Source: Candidatus Omnitrophota bacterium
GTDB lineage: Bacteria > Omnitrophota > Gorgyraeia > Gygaellales > Profunditerraquicolaceae
Length of the DNA stretch: 64,000 nucleotides
Direction: 5' to 3'
Assembly: GCA_003598025.1 (NCBI GenBank)
Contig: QZKH01000006.1
Location: forward strand, 44,035 to 108,034
In this document: positions 51,628 to 60,541 of the stretch, piece by piece
Position numbering within the stretch: the first letter of the stretch is position 1
Layout: each line of letters starts with the position of its first letter
Made by a program: the position numbers and the translations under genes
The notes under the pieces: model-generated
What the model was told of the DNA's origin: nothing
Seen by the model: the letters and a program-made list of their open reading frames with translations, nothing else
The model's database searches: none

Positions 51628-52285
51628 TCCTATAGACTATCTGGTCGTTTTTTCAGGGGGCATACTGTTGAGTTTTAGCCCGTGCACCTACCCTTTAATC
51701 CCGGTGAGCCTGGGTTATATTGGCGTGAATGCTTCCGGTTCTAGGTTGCGCGGATTTTCGCTTAGTTTAATATATGTTACCGGATTAGCTGTTACATATT
51801 CCGTTCTCGGATTATTGGCTTCCTTAACCGGGCAGTTCTTTGGTCAGCTTAGCACCCATCCTTTGACTAGGTTAATAGTAGGATTGATAATTACGATTTT
51901 TGGGCTGAGCATGCTGGGTAATTTATTCATTAAACTTCCTCAGCTTAAGCTTATGGGGTTAACAAAAAAGGACGGCTATCCGGCTGTATTTTTTCTGGGC
52001 TTAAGCTCTGGTTTAATAATCAGTCCCTGCATAACGCCTGTTTTAGGCTCAATACTGGCATATATAGCTACAAAGCATAATCTTTTTTATGGCGTTACTC
52101 TGTTATTTACTTTTGCCTTCGGCATGGGCATTATTTTTATCTTATCTGGTACGTTTGCTTCGTTTCTGGCTAGTTTACCGAAATCCGGCAAGTGGATGGA
52201 GTATATCAGGACGATATTTGGTCTGGTCATTGCTTCTATAGGCTTATTTATTATTATTAATGCGCTAAGGAGGATAATAATATGA
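51608..52285 (+). CDS. ccdA: Cytochrome c biogenesis / thiol-disulfide transfer membrane protein CcdA (DsbD beta-domain family).
   Basis: Six TM helices. Paired Cys in the FSPCTYPLIP and ISPCITPVLG motifs. Confidence 0.8.
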   Translation: MMNLSGNPIDYLVVFSGGILLSFSPCTYPLIPVSLGYIGVNASGSRLRGFSLSLIYVTGLAVTYSVLGLLASLTGQFFGQLSTHPLTRLIVGLIITIFGLSMLGNLFIKLPQLKLMGLTKKDGYPAVFFLGLSSGLIISPCITPVLGSILAYIATKHNLFYGVTLLFTFAFGMGIIFILSGTFASFLASLPKSGKWMEYIRTIFGLVIASIGLFIIINALRRIII

Positions 52286-52767
52286 GAAAGCTTGTTTTAA
52301 TTTTAGCTTTTTTTGTTTTTGTAAACTTTTCAGTTGTTTTCGGAGTGGGGGAAAAGCCTGTAAGCAAAGCCGTTGATTTTGAGCTTATTGATACACATGA
52401 TGATTTGGTCAAACTAAGCAGTTATAAGGATAAGCAGCCGGTGCTTTTGTTTTTCTGGACTACATGGTGCCCGTTTTGCCAGAAAGAACTCAGGGTGTTA
52501 AACAGCATGTATTCTCAGCTCTTAGAGGGCGGAGTAGAAGTTTTATCAATTAATGTGGGAGAGTCTCCCGATAAGGTAAGCAATTTTATTAAGAATTATT
52601 ACCTGGCATTTAGAGTTTTACTGGATAAGGATTCTGCTGTTGCGCGCCAGTTCGGTATTTTAGGCGTGCCTACTTATTTGCTGGTTAATAAGGAAGGCAA
52701 CATTGTGTTCAGCGATAACTTTTTCCCAAACAATTATAAAGACCTCATTTCCCGGCAAGAAAAATAA
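52282..52767 (+). CDS. TlpA/ResA-like periplasmic thioredoxin-fold thiol-disulfide oxidoreductase.
   Basis: Signal anchor, then FFWTTWCPFCQKE (CxxC thioredoxin motif). Translationally coupled to ccdA. Confidence 0.75.
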   Translation: MRKLVLILAFFVFVNFSVVFGVGEKPVSKAVDFELIDTHDDLVKLSSYKDKQPVLLFFWTTWCPFCQKELRVLNSMYSQLLEGGVEVLSINVGESPDKVSNFIKNYYLAFRVLLDKDSAVARQFGILGVPTYLLVNKEGNIVFSDNFFPNNYKDLISRQEK

Positions 52768-52878
52768 TTCAGTGCTGCGTAATTTAATAAGGGTAGTTGC
52801 TGTTTTCTTAGACGGGGGTGATTTTTAACTTGGGGCTGTATTTACGCCTTTTGTCTAAAACAGGTATTATTAGAAAAG

Positions 52879-53511
52879 ATGGCTAGCCGGAATAAGATAA
52901 AAGGCCTTATAGAAAAGTGGAAGAAAAGGAACATCAACGGTTATTTCTTTGAAAACAGGCAAGATGCGCTTAAGGAGATAGTCAATAATATACCTGTATC
53001 AGCCGGAATAGGGATTTCAGGCTCCGTGACCTTGGACCAGCTTGGCTTGGTTGGCATATTGGAAAAAAGGGGAAATAAAGTATATAACCAATATAAGCCT
53101 GGTATCGACAGACAAGAGAGCCTAAGGTTGCGTAAAGAAGGCTCTCGGGCTGAATTCTATCTTGCAAGCGCAAATGCAATTTCTGAAAATGGCGAACTTG
53201 TTTTCTTAAGCGCATGGGGTAACCGCACAAGCGGTATTGCCTATGCGGATAACGTAATTATTGTTTGCGGAATAAACAAAATATGTAAAGATGCAGCCGA
53301 GGCAATAAAAAGGAGCAGGGATTATGCAGCCCCGCTTAATTGCAAGCGGCTTAATTGGCAAAGCTATTGTTTTAACGGTAAGGCGTGCAACCAGGAGCTT
53401 TGCCTTTTTCCTGAATATAAAAGGATGTGCTGCCAGCTCCTTCTAGTCGAAGCAGAAATCAAGCCGGATAGGCTGAAGATATTTATAATAAATGAAAATC
53501 TTGGATTCTAG
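52879..53511 (+). CDS. LUD-domain (DUF162, YkgG-like) protein with a Cys-rich C-terminus.
   Basis: GIGISGSVTL, ASANAISENGELVFL and VIIVCGINKI segments fit the LUD fold pattern. C-terminal C..C....C...C...CC cluster. Confidence 0.5.
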   Translation: MASRNKIKGLIEKWKKRNINGYFFENRQDALKEIVNNIPVSAGIGISGSVTLDQLGLVGILEKRGNKVYNQYKPGIDRQESLRLRKEGSRAEFYLASANAISENGELVFLSAWGNRTSGIAYADNVIIVCGINKICKDAAEAIKRSRDYAAPLNCKRLNWQSYCFNGKACNQELCLFPEYKRMCCQLLLVEAEIKPDRLKIFIINENLGF

Positions 53512-53523
53512 GGAGGCACAAAG

Positions 53524-53817
53524 ATGTTTGACAAAGTTAAGCAGTTGATGGATATGCAGAATAAAATGCAGCAGGTAAAGCGGCAGCTTGAGAATACGGT
53601 ATTTGAGGTTGAAAGCTCCGACGGCAGTATCAGGATCGAGATGGATGGTTCACAAAAGGTAAGACAAGTGAAGCTGCAGAAAGAAATGAGCGATGTTGAT
53701 AAGACATCTTTTGAGTCAGCTCTGAAAGATGTTTATAATAAAGCGATAAAGCGGTCGCATGAGTTAGCAGCCGATGAGATGAAAAAGGTTTCTGGTTTTA
53801 ATATTCCTGGTTTGTAA
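53524..53817 (+). CDS. ybaB: Nucleoid-associated protein YbaB/EbfC.
   Basis: 97 aa. MFDKVKQLMDMQNKMQQVKRQLENTVFEVESSDGSIRIEMDG matches the YbaB consensus. Confidence 0.8.
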   Translation: MFDKVKQLMDMQNKMQQVKRQLENTVFEVESSDGSIRIEMDGSQKVRQVKLQKEMSDVDKTSFESALKDVYNKAIKRSHELAADEMKKVSGFNIPGL

Positions 53818-53854
53818 CAGAAAAGGCATAAATTTAAGTTGCAAGCAAATAAAT

Positions 53855-54262
53855 ATGAAGAAGAAGAATTTTTATAAATTAGTTGAAGAGATTTGTTCTG
53901 CGGATCCCCGCTATAAACCTGAAAGTTATGAATTCGTAATCCATGCCCTGCATTTTACTCAGAAGAAACTTAAAGAGAGCGGCCATGTCAGCGGCAGAGA
54001 GCTTCTTGGAGGCATAAAAGATTACGCTATCGAACAGTTCGGGCCGCTGGCGAAAAATGTTTTAAATCATTGGGGCATCCTTAAGACTGATGATTTTGGA
54101 AATATTGTTTATAATATGATTAAGAAAAAGATGCTCTCCAGGAGAGACGAAGATTCTTTGGAAGATTTTAAGAAGGTTTACGATTTTGATGTAGTATTTG
54201 CTGATATATTGAGATCCAGCGTGATTAAACAGATAAAAGAGCTGGAGGCTGAGGGGATTTAA
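53855..54262 (+). CDS. Hypothetical protein, 135 aa.
   Basis: ORF only; no recognisable motif. Confidence 0.4.
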   Translation: MKKKNFYKLVEEICSADPRYKPESYEFVIHALHFTQKKLKESGHVSGRELLGGIKDYAIEQFGPLAKNVLNHWGILKTDDFGNIVYNMIKKKMLSRRDEDSLEDFKKVYDFDVVFADILRSSVIKQIKELEAEGI

Positions 54263-54264
54263 GT

Positions 54265-55290
54265 ATGGATAATTTTAGAGGATTAGCTACAGGTATCGGG
54301 AGTTTGCCGCATGTAAAGGCAGAAGAAGCACTTAATTTAATCTTTAAATACGTGCCCCAAATTCCATTTTGGCCACAACTGCCTAAAAGGTCAATAAGAG
54401 AAGGAATGGTTGCTCAATTCAGCGAGAAGCTGCCATGCTTAAAAATATCCAGCCAGGGCCTGGCAGTGGATTTAAGCAATAGAGAATCTGAATTAGAGAA
54501 GTTTTATGAGCATTTGATAGCTGAGGATTTAGATTATTTCCGTATAACCCAGGATTATTCTCATGGATTATACGCTTTTCTAACTAAGCTCCAAGATGTG
54601 GATTTACGGCAAGTAAGGGCTGTCAAATGCCAAGTAACCGGACCTTTTACTTTTGCTGCAGGTTTAAAGGATGAGACCGGTAAGGCTGTTTTGCACGACC
54701 CTGTTTTATTCCAGGCCATGCTGAAAGGGCTGTTAATGAAAGCGCTATGGCAGATAAACTCCTTAAAGAAATTCAATAAGGAAATAATCATATTTATCGA
54801 TGAGCCTTATTTAGGATGCTTTGGCTCCGCTTATACACCGATAAACAGGGAAGAGGTGGTAAGGGTCCTTTCTGAATTTAGCAGAGCACTAAAAGCCGAG
54901 AATGTTTTTGTGGGCGTGCATTGCTGCGGCAATACAGATTGGTCTATTCTGACCGAGATCGGATCTATCGACTTGATCAGTTTCGATGCTTATGATTTTA
55001 TTGATAAGTTTGTGATTTATGCCAAAGATTTAAACGTATTCTTAAGGCGCGGGGGTATGATTTGTTGGGGCATAGTACCTACTCAAGAACAAGCTGGCCT
55101 AGAAACTCCGGAATCTTTAAGTGAAAGATTAAAATCTGCTATTGATGTTTTAGTTGATAAAGGCATAGACAGAGGTTTAATCCTTAACGGCTTATTGATC
55201 AGCCCCAGTTGCGGCTTAGGCACGCTTAATACAGATGACGCAGAGCCTATCCTTAAACTGCTTTTGCAAACAGCTGCCAAAGTTTCATAG
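54265..55290 (+). CDS. MetE-like (cobalamin-independent methionine synthase catalytic-domain family / UroD-like fold) zinc methyltransferase.
   Basis: GPFTFAAGL, IFIDEPYLG, VHCCGNTDW and ISPSCGLG correspond to the MetE C-domain blocks (GPVT, IQIDEPA, H.C, PDCGLK) that include the Zn ligands. Confidence 0.55.
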   Translation: MDNFRGLATGIGSLPHVKAEEALNLIFKYVPQIPFWPQLPKRSIREGMVAQFSEKLPCLKISSQGLAVDLSNRESELEKFYEHLIAEDLDYFRITQDYSHGLYAFLTKLQDVDLRQVRAVKCQVTGPFTFAAGLKDETGKAVLHDPVLFQAMLKGLLMKALWQINSLKKFNKEIIIFIDEPYLGCFGSAYTPINREEVVRVLSEFSRALKAENVFVGVHCCGNTDWSILTEIGSIDLISFDAYDFIDKFVIYAKDLNVFLRRGGMICWGIVPTQEQAGLETPESLSERLKSAIDVLVDKGIDRGLILNGLLISPSCGLGTLNTDDAEPILKLLLQTAAKVS

Positions 55291-55308
55291 CCTTTTTACA
55301 ATCTATCC

Positions 55309-56829
55309 ATGAAAATAGGAAAAAACGCAGTTATTGACTTAATAATCCCCTCATCTTTAACCCTTCTGGGTTTTTTATTGAGAATATATAAATTCACGGA
55401 ATATTTTCATTTTAAAAAGGACCAGGCTGTTTCGTTATTAGAGGCCATGAAAATAACAAACGGCGAATTTATCCTGCTTGGCCCTACTGTCAGCGTCGGG
55501 GACTTTCATTTTGGCCCATTTTATTATTATTTTTTGGCTGTTTCTTTTTTATTCAGGGGCCTTTTGCCTGAAGCAGCTGCCATGATGACAATGTTTTTTA
55601 ATCTTGCTACCATGGTCTTGATTTATTACCTGGTCAAAAATGCATGCGACAGGAAATCTGCTTTTGCTGCCGCTCTTTTATTTACTTTTTCTGCCGGGGC
55701 GATTAACCTTTCAAGAACCATTTGGAGCCCTTCTTTAATGCCATTCTTTGCAGGTTTGTTTGTGTTTTCTTTATACAAGCTAATCAAAGATAACCAGGAT
55801 AATTACTTACTTCTTGTGTCTTTTTCGGTCAGCGTCATGGTTCAGTTGCATCATAACGCATTTGCCGCTTTTTTTGTTCTGGCTATCTGCTGGTTATACT
55901 TTAAGCCGGTAAATATCAGGAAGTCACGGTTTTTATATTCGGCATTAATATTCATCTTATTGATGAGCGCGACGATTATTTATGAATTGCAACATGGATT
56001 TATAGAGAGCAGGCTTGTATTCAGATATTTAACCGCGGTTTCTATGTTTTCTGTACTAAATCTTGTATATAAGCTTAAATCGGTGCTGGCGTCTTTTTTT
56101 GATTTCTTCAGGCTTGCATTTCCTGGATATCTCTTAGCAAAAGTAATGTTTATTTGTATTTTTGTATTCATTGGAGTTAAATCAATGCTTACTTTAAAAG
56201 ATAGAAACAGGAACGTGTTAGAAAAAGTGCTTTTTATCTGCTTGTCCGTATTTTTTGTATTATCATTGCTCTTTTTACCTAAACGCGCATTATTGCAGGG
56301 GCATTATTTCAGCTTCTTATACCCGTTGCCTTTTTTAGCTTTTGGAAGTTTGTTTTATAATACATATTCAAGAAAGCGCATAAAACTGGTAGTAACAGGT
56401 TTTTTTGTGTTTATCGTCTTTTTGAACATCAGGTCAGTGATTTTGGGCTATGATTTTATGGAGAAAACAGCTAAGAATGAGGAAGTTTTTCTAAATGAGC
56501 AAAGAGAGGTATTTAATTACTTGAGCCGGCAGGCTGATCCGTCTTCAGTCATTATTTGGCCTGATAGTTATCTGTATTCATATAAATTTTTATTTAAGGA
56601 AAGCAAGACAAGCATAGAACCGCCCGCTAGGCCTAAGAAACTCGTAGTGATAAGCGATAATTTTTATAACTTAGGCAGGCCCAAAAGAATAAATATTTCT
56701 TTGAACGGCGCAAAGGCTTCTTTAATGCTTGTTAAATCCTTTAATAACGCCAGGGTGTACGGTTTCTCCAGCGAAAATAAGGCGCTGGAAGGCAGAATAT
56801 TCGAAAAAATAAAATATTTGACAAATTAA
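55309..56829 (+). CDS. Polytopic membrane glycosyltransferase of the GT39/GT83 (PMT / ArnT-like) superfamily.
   Basis: Approx 10 predicted TM helices in the N-terminal two-thirds and a soluble C-terminal domain. This architecture and the loop pattern are typical of ArnT/PMT-like enzymes. Tentative. Confidence 0.45.
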   Translation: MKIGKNAVIDLIIPSSLTLLGFLLRIYKFTEYFHFKKDQAVSLLEAMKITNGEFILLGPTVSVGDFHFGPFYYYFLAVSFLFRGLLPEAAAMMTMFFNLATMVLIYYLVKNACDRKSAFAAALLFTFSAGAINLSRTIWSPSLMPFFAGLFVFSLYKLIKDNQDNYLLLVSFSVSVMVQLHHNAFAAFFVLAICWLYFKPVNIRKSRFLYSALIFILLMSATIIYELQHGFIESRLVFRYLTAVSMFSVLNLVYKLKSVLASFFDFFRLAFPGYLLAKVMFICIFVFIGVKSMLTLKDRNRNVLEKVLFICLSVFFVLSLLFLPKRALLQGHYFSFLYPLPFLAFGSLFYNTYSRKRIKLVVTGFFVFIVFLNIRSVILGYDFMEKTAKNEEVFLNEQREVFNYLSRQADPSSVIIWPDSYLYSYKFLFKESKTSIEPPARPKKLVVISDNFYNLGRPKRINISLNGAKASLMLVKSFNNARVYGFSSENKALEGRIFEKIKYLTN

Positions 56830-56894
56830 AGGAATAGATATATTATAGGTATTCCTTTACATTATAAATCATGTAATAAGGAGATTTGTTAATA

Positions 56895-57434
56895 ATGAAA
56901 GAGATAAGAATCCATGCCCGCGCAGGCCAGGGCGCGATTACAACAGCGTCTTTGTTAGGGTATGTATATTTTTTAAAAGGGCTTTATCCTTATGCATTCC
57001 CGCATTTTGGAGCAGCAAGGATGGGGGCTCCGATGAATGCGTTTGTACGGATTGATACCAAGCCTGTAAGGCTGAGAAGCCAGATATATGAACCGGATTT
57101 CGTAATTGTTGTCGATGCTACCCTTATGCGGGGCTTTAATTGTTTTTCCGGCCTTAAAAGCAAGGGTGTTGCGATCATAAACGAAGGAGAAGAACTGCCT
57201 AAGTTGGGTGTCGCCCAGAAAGTATACAGCGTCCCGGCAAATGAGATCGCCTTAAAAACAATAGGACGGCCTTTGGGCAATACCGCTCTTTTAGGTGCTT
57301 TTTCAGCTGCGACAGGGGAGTTTGAGCTTGATTACCTGCTTGATGCAATTAAGAAGCGTTTCCCCGGCAAGATAGCAGAAAAGAATTTAGAAGCTGCACG
57401 TCAGGGTTATGATTATATTAAAAGCGTAAAATAA
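56895..57434 (+). CDS. porG: 2-oxoacid:ferredoxin oxidoreductase gamma subunit.
   Basis: IRIHARAGQGAITTASLLG N-terminus is typical of POR/VOR gamma. First gene of a four-gene POR cluster. Confidence 0.8.
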   Translation: MKEIRIHARAGQGAITTASLLGYVYFLKGLYPYAFPHFGAARMGAPMNAFVRIDTKPVRLRSQIYEPDFVIVVDATLMRGFNCFSGLKSKGVAIINEGEELPKLGVAQKVYSVPANEIALKTIGRPLGNTALLGAFSAATGEFELDYLLDAIKKRFPGKIAEKNLEAARQGYDYIKSVK

Positions 57435-57451
57435 GACAAGAGAGGCATGTT

Positions 57452-57724
57452 ATGTTCGGCCCTTTAACTGTAAAACCTGGAGCAAGCAAGAAAAACAAGA
57501 CTGGTTCCTGGAGGACAGAATCAAAGCCTAAGTTCCTGCAGAAAAACTGTATTGCCTGCAAGATGTGCGTATTGATATGCCCTGAGGCCTGCATTACCGG
57601 CTCAGAGAAGAATACATATATCTGCGATTATGCTTATTGCAAGGGTTGCGGTAATTGCGTGGCGATTTGCCCTAAGCAGGACATTATTATGGTCAAAGAA
57701 GATACATCTCAGGAGAAAAAATAA
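57452..57724 (+). CDS. porD: 2-oxoacid:ferredoxin oxidoreductase delta subunit (2x[4Fe-4S] ferredoxin).
   Basis: CIACKMCVLICP and CKGCGNCVAICP motifs. Confidence 0.8.
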   Translation: MFGPLTVKPGASKKNKTGSWRTESKPKFLQKNCIACKMCVLICPEACITGSEKNTYICDYAYCKGCGNCVAICPKQDIIMVKEDTSQEKK

Positions 57725-57729
57725 TAGCC

Positions 57730-58965
57730 ATGAAAGAATTTGTTGAAGGTTCGCATGCAGTAGCAGAAATAGTAAAGTTATGTAAGCCGGCAGTTATATC
57801 AGCTTATCCGATCACGCCCCAGACGCATATTGTTGAGGATCTTGCACAGATGGTCGCTGACGGAGAATTAAATTCCCAATTTGTCAATGTTGAATCCGAA
57901 CATTCTGCTGCTTCTGTTGTATTGGGTGCGGTTGCAACCGGGGTAAGGGCCTATACCGCTACCAGTTCTCAGGGGCTTTTTTACATGGCAGAGGTAGTGT
58001 TTAACATAGCAGGATTGCGTCTTCCGGTGATTATGACTTGCGCAAACAGGGCAATATCTGCGCCTATAAATATCTGGAATGATCAGCAGGATTCAGTCTC
58101 TCTAAGGGACAGCGGCTGGATCCAGGTATACGCGGAAAATATCCAGGAAGCAGTTGATCTGCACCTTATAGCTTATAAGTTAGCCGAGGATAAATCTATT
58201 ATGCTGCCGGTTATGGTTTGTATGGATGGTTTTATCCTTACGCATGGTATCGAAACAGTAGATATCCCCGGGCAAAAAGAAGTTGATGCTTTCTTGCCGC
58301 CTTATAAAGCGTTATATAAGCTTGATCCGGAGAAGCCCATAACTTTAGGCCCGTTAGTTGACCCCGATTCCTATATGGAGACCCGGTATGCAGTTGAACA
58401 GACCCAGAAAAAAGCTTTATCAATGATTCCGGGTATAGCCGCAGATTTTAACAAAACATTTGGCCGTAATTATAACGGCTTAATAGAAGAATACCACACT
58501 AAAGATGCAGAGCGTGTTATTGTTGCCATGGGTTCGGTATGCGGGACAGTCAAGGATGTTGTTGATGAGCTGAGGAGTAAGGGCAAAAAGGTAGGATTGC
58601 TGAAAATAACAACTTATAGGCCATTTCCATGCGATGCTATTTATGCTGCCCTCAAAAATATCCCCAAAGTCGCGGTATTAGACAGGGCATTATCGCTTGG
58701 CTCATTTTCTCCGCTTTTAACGGAGATAAGAGCGATATTCACTTCAAAGAAAAAGAAGCCCCAGGTTATAAGCGGCTTTAATATCGGCTTAGGCGGCAGG
58801 GATATTACTACGCATTCCATAAAAGAAGTTTTCAGGCTTCTAACAAATAAAGAGCTTACATCAGAATATATTGATTTGAAACCAGAGCTATTGAAGGAGA
58901 ATTATGATATCTCCGACTCCGCTGGCGGTCTAAGCGAGCGGCGAAAGGAGCCAAGCTGTGAGTAA
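57730..58965 (+). CDS. porA: 2-oxoacid:ferredoxin oxidoreductase alpha subunit.
   Basis: [27 protein letters not shown]...[13 protein letters not shown] is canonical POR alpha. Confidence 0.85.
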   Translation: MKEFVEGSHAVAEIVKLCKPAVISAYPITPQTHIVEDLAQMVADGELNSQFVNVESEHSAASVVLGAVATGVRAYTATSSQGLFYMAEVVFNIAGLRLPVIMTCANRAISAPINIWNDQQDSVSLRDSGWIQVYAENIQEAVDLHLIAYKLAEDKSIMLPVMVCMDGFILTHGIETVDIPGQKEVDAFLPPYKALYKLDPEKPITLGPLVDPDSYMETRYAVEQTQKKALSMIPGIAADFNKTFGRNYNGLIEEYHTKDAERVIVAMGSVCGTVKDVVDELRSKGKKVGLLKITTYRPFPCDAIYAALKNIPKVAVLDRALSLGSFSPLLTEIRAIFTSKKKKPQVISGFNIGLGGRDITTHSIKEVFRLLTNKELTSEYIDLKPELLKENYDISDSAGGLSERRKEPSCE

Positions 58966-59842
58966 TCATTTATTTGTAGCAGGTCATACCGCCTGTTCTG
59001 GATGCGGCCAGTCGATGGCAGCGCGTCTGGTAATAGATGCTGCTGGTCCGAATACGATTATTTCAAATAATACAGGCTGTCTGGAGGTTTTCTCAACAAA
59101 ATATCCGGAATCTGCCTGGGAGGTCCCCTGGATACATTCTTTGTTTGAAAACTCTTCTGCAGTAGCTTCCGGTATAGAAGCGGCGCTGAAATATTTAGGG
59201 ACAAAAGATAAAATAAACGTAATTGCCCAGGGTGGTGATGGCGGTACGGCTGATATCGGTCTACAAGCTTTATCAGGGATGTTTGAACGCGGCCATGATA
59301 TTCTATATGTTTGTTATGATAATGAAGCATATATGAATACGGGAGTTCAGAGAAGCGGCCTTACCCCTTTTGAAACCAACACTACTACCAGTCCTGCAGG
59401 CTCTCAATCTTTCGGTAATATAAGACCGAAAAAACCCATGCCGGAAATAGCTTTGGCGCATGGCATACCTTATGTAGCCACCTCTTCAGTAGTATTTCCT
59501 CAGGATATACAGCGTAAAGTGAAAAAGGCATTCTCTATAAAAGGGCCAAAGTATATACAAATACATGTCCCTTGCCCGTTAGGATGGAGACACGATTCTA
59601 GCCTCACTTATGAGATAGCGAAATTAGCAGTTGAAACAGGGCTTTATCCTATAATAGAATACGAAAACGGGGTGCTGGCCCAGCGCAAAATCAAGCCAAA
59701 GCCAGTTGAGGAATATCTAAAGAAACAGGGTAGGTTTAAGCACCTATTAAACAACCCGGAACTTATTAAAAAAATCCAGGATATTGCAGACAATAATATC
59801 CTTAAATATAAACTTAGTTTGGAGAATCAAAGCAGCGTTTAA
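58958..59842 (+). CDS. porB: 2-oxoacid:ferredoxin oxidoreductase beta subunit (TPP-binding).
   Basis: [17 protein letters not shown] (Cys ligands of the proximal cluster) and the [13 protein letters not shown] motif. Confidence 0.85.
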   Translation: MSNHLFVAGHTACSGCGQSMAARLVIDAAGPNTIISNNTGCLEVFSTKYPESAWEVPWIHSLFENSSAVASGIEAALKYLGTKDKINVIAQGGDGGTADIGLQALSGMFERGHDILYVCYDNEAYMNTGVQRSGLTPFETNTTTSPAGSQSFGNIRPKKPMPEIALAHGIPYVATSSVVFPQDIQRKVKKAFSIKGPKYIQIHVPCPLGWRHDSSLTYEIAKLAVETGLYPIIEYENGVLAQRKIKPKPVEEYLKKQGRFKHLLNNPELIKKIQDIADNNILKYKLSLENQSSV

Positions 59843-59855
59843 AGGAGGTAATAAT

Positions 59856-60335
59856 ATGGGTAAACAGGCAAGAGCGATAGTTGATTTAAGTTTAAAGGAA
59901 CTGGTAAAAGACCTGCATAAGGCTTATTGTGATGAGTGGTTAGCTTTTTATTTGTACTGGTATATGGCGCAGACTGTTTCGGGTAAAGCTTATGAAGATA
60001 TGAAGGAATTCCTGGAGAAAATCGCCAAGGATGAATTAGAGCATGCGCAGGAATTAGCAGATCTAATTACTAAATTAGGAGATGTACCTCCGGCAAATCC
60101 TATGGAACTGGAGAAACATGCAAATTTTCCGTATCTTATGCCGCCTAAAAATACTGCCGATATTAATAGGATGATCCGTATAGTAACCGAGGCTGAGTCT
60201 GGGGCAATAGAAGTTTATAATAAGATAGCCAAGAAAACATTAGGTAAAGATCATGTGACTTACCAGCTGGTTACGCACATACTTTCGGAAGAAGTCACGC
60301 ATGAAGAGATGTTTGAAAACCTGCAGGAAAGATAA
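59856..60335 (+). CDS. Ferritin-like diiron (Dps/ferritin superfamily) protein.
   Basis: Four-helix pattern with E..H ligands (DELEHAQE, EEVTHEE). RBS AAAGGAGG 7 nt upstream of the ATG at 59856. Confidence 0.55.
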   Translation: MGKQARAIVDLSLKELVKDLHKAYCDEWLAFYLYWYMAQTVSGKAYEDMKEFLEKIAKDELEHAQELADLITKLGDVPPANPMELEKHANFPYLMPPKNTADINRMIRIVTEAESGAIEVYNKIAKKTLGKDHVTYQLVTHILSEEVTHEEMFENLQER

Positions 60336-60355
60336 ATAACAGGAGGAAAATTATC

Positions 60356-60541
60356 ATGGCAAAAGTTACAGTGGATGCTTCAACTTGCGTAGGTTGCGGA
60401 ATTTGCGAACAAGCTTGTCCTGATGTGTTTGAAGTCCAGGGCGATGGGGTAGCTCATGTAAAAACCCAAGTATGTGCAACCTGCAATTTAGAAGAAATTG
60501 CTTTGCAGTGCCCGGTAAACGCTATAAAGGTAAGCAATTAA
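60356..60541 (+). CDS. Small single-cluster [4Fe-4S] ferredoxin.
   Basis: 61 aa. C.GCG.CEQACP...C..C, matching monocluster ferredoxins. RBS AGGAGGAAAA. Confidence 0.75.
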   Translation: MAKVTVDASTCVGCGICEQACPDVFEVQGDGVAHVKTQVCATCNLEEIALQCPVNAIKVSN

